A stretch of 64,000 nt of DNA. Source: Acidobacteriota bacterium (lineage in GTDB: Bacteria > Acidobacteriota > UBA6911 > RPQK01 > JAJDTT01). The stretch spans positions 642,788 to 706,787 of the forward strand of contig CBDCMS010000003.1 in assembly GCA_965219005.1 (NCBI GenBank). The letters run 5' to 3'. The translations under genes were made by a program, and so were the position numbers. The stretch's first letter is position 1; every line of letters begins with the position of its first letter. The notes beneath the pieces are model-generated. The model was not told the DNA's origin, searched no databases, and saw nothing but the letters and a program-made list of their open reading frames with translations. Below, piece after piece: positions 62,269 through 64,000 of the stretch.

Positions 62269-63397
62269 ATGTCTACATTGGAACTCGTTGACAGCGGTGT
62301 CATCTACCGCAATCCCGATCCAGGATACCGCTATGACTTTGCCTGCCATAGTCACGTGGTTCAGCTCGGACCTGAAGAGCTGCTTTGTACCTTTCAGCGC
62401 GGACAAGCGCTGTACAGTATCGATTCGGTGTTGGTCCAATCTCGCTCAACCGATGGCGGTAAGACCTGGGTCGAGGAACGGCTGGTTCATGATCCAAGCC
62501 AGGACGAGACTCCCTATTCCTACCACGGCCCCATGATGACCCGCCTGTCGGGTGGCCAGTTGATAATGAATGCCACTTGTTGGAATCGTGCGGACCCCGA
62601 CAAACCTCTTTTTCAATTTGGGAACCGGCGGCATAGCGCTCCCGGAAACTTTGCTTTTTCGATCGTCGGACGGTGGCCACCATTGGTCCGATCCGGAGCC
62701 CCTGCCGCTGGCCGGAGAGATGTTATTGACACCCAGCTGCCCGATCGTGGAGTTGGCCAACGGACAGTGGTTGCAATCCTGCGACCAGTGGCACGAGTAC
62801 GACCAGCCGGGACCCTATGAACCCAGGAACGTGGCGCTTTTTTCGAGTGATCAGGGTGCGACCTGGGGAGATCCCGTTCATTTTGCGGACGGGTCGAAGC
62901 AGGGGCTGGGATGGTGGCATGGTCGGATTCAACGCCTGAACGACGACAGCCTGTTCACCCTGTTTTGGAGTGCGAACATGAAGGCCAGTGCAAGCCTGCC
63001 CCTACACCGCTGTCTGGGCAGTGCGGACGGCCGGACCTGGGATACTCCCCAGCCGACCAACGTTCCTGGGCAAACTAATTGGCCCGTTGACTTTGGCGAT
63101 GGCCGCTTGGCGCTCATCTACACGGTTCGCGAGACGGATCCACCCGGTTTTTACGCGGCGACTTCCGAGGATGGAGGATTGACATGGGACCTCGACCAAC
63201 AGCTCCTGGTTTGGAATGCCACCGGGCGTGACAAGATTGGCGTCCACGCGCCCGAATCATATCCCCGGTCTCACGACACGATTGCTTATGGCGCGCCGAC
63301 AGCGATTCGCTTGGAAGATGGCGAAATTTTCGCTCATTTTTGGTGTACCGAGCTTGCCGTGACGCAAATCCGGTACGCGCGCTTGCGCTGGGGATAA
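62269..63397 (+). pseudogene. BNR/Asp-box sialidase-like protein split by a +1 frameshift in a T5 homopolymer (or sequencing error)
   Basis: ORFs 62269..62820 and 62570..63397 are collinear with the paralog 59337..60485 (MS.LEL.DS.VIY.NPDP ... AYGAP ... W.T.LA.T..R.ARLR). Removing one T from ctctttttcaatttggg (~62608-62613) gives continuous ...DKPLFNLGTGG... matching the paralog. Confidence 0.6.
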
Positions 63398-63553
63398 GGA
63401 GCCGAAATCGACCTGCATGAGTCGGTCTTTGGAGTGCGTGGGAACGAGCGTGAAAAACCGGGGGCTAGCGCCCTCCGGCGCAATTAAGACTTCGCAGCCA
63501 AGCGGTAATTCCTCACGCACCAGAGCAGCGCCTGCGGCGAAAGAAAATCAACG

Positions 63554-63766
63554 TCACGAACGTCGCCAGCACTTAATGAGATAAGCCAGCAGGCCTAATA
63601 GCGCCAACAAGCCAACCGACGGTTCAGGAACTGTAATTGGGGGAAGGGCCACTTGTTGCCAGTTGAACAGCACGCTATTCAACTCGTCGAGGCCGACGAT
63701 AGCCGGTCGTTGGTTTACCCATTCGGGAGGCAACGAAGGCTCAGCGTCTTGCCAGTTGAACAACAC
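63554..63766 (-). CDS. small ORF ending in a PEP-CTERM-like sorting signal (possibly a C-terminal gene fragment)
   Basis: C-terminus VPEPSVGLLALLGLLAYLIKCWRRS* fits PEP - hydrophobic helix - basic tail. Two copies of motif LN.VLFNWQ about 35 aa apart. An in-frame TGA at ~63809 limits upstream extension, and there is no ATG start or signal peptide. Confidence 0.35.
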   Translation of the reverse strand: MLFNWQDAEPSLPPEWVNQRPAIVGLDELNSVLFNWQQVALPPITVPEPSVGLLALLGLLAYLIKCWRRS

Positions 63767-64000
63767 CAGGTTGAGATAGTTGCGCCCTAGTGCAATGTCC
63801 GTCGTTCAAAGCGGACACACCGGCTCAGGATGTAATCGAACGACTCGGCTCGGTATACTTCGAGTGGAGTTGCGTGGCTCGAACTCTTCTCGATCCCATT
63901 CCTCAATTCTGAACGGAGGCGCAGGTACCCCGAATCGAACGACCAATGGCCTATACCAGGAGAATCACAGGTCCTCGCAATCTGCTGTTGCTGCTGGGGG

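Overview
High-GC (~60-65%) bacterial chromosomal segment. Acidobacteriota-like hallmarks: a giant TonB-dependent receptor with an N-terminal carboxypeptidase-regulatory-like domain, an acidobacterial-type VWFA protein, a PEP-CTERM tail, and a DUF1501/DUF1553-PSCyt pair. Dominant gene content is glycan/sulfated-glycan degradation: three formylglycine-type sulfatases plus one Thr-type sulfatase-like/TPR fusion, at least five BNR/Asp-box 'sialidase-like' beta-propeller genes, and four paralogs of an uncharacterised secreted Asp-box propeller family. Other genes include a modABC molybdate transporter, a B12-binding radical SAM enzyme, an M61 peptidase, a PQQ-like propeller, a PAP2/vanadium-haloperoxidase-like giant protein, an orphan histidine kinase and a VapBC toxin-antitoxin pair. 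Mobile DNA is heavy: two near-identical inverted IS110-family copies ~26 kb apart bracketing ~24 kb (one carrying a nested IS4-family insertion with a 9-bp target duplication); an IS481-like element; an IS1-like zinc-ribbon transposase in a low-GC islet; and an IS30-family element with a ~119-bp MITE-like internal-deletion derivative 1.8 kb away. Several genes are decayed or frameshifted at homopolymer tracts. No rRNA, tRNA or CRISPR array was recognised. Functional calls rest on motifs read by eye from the ORF translations; no database search was run.
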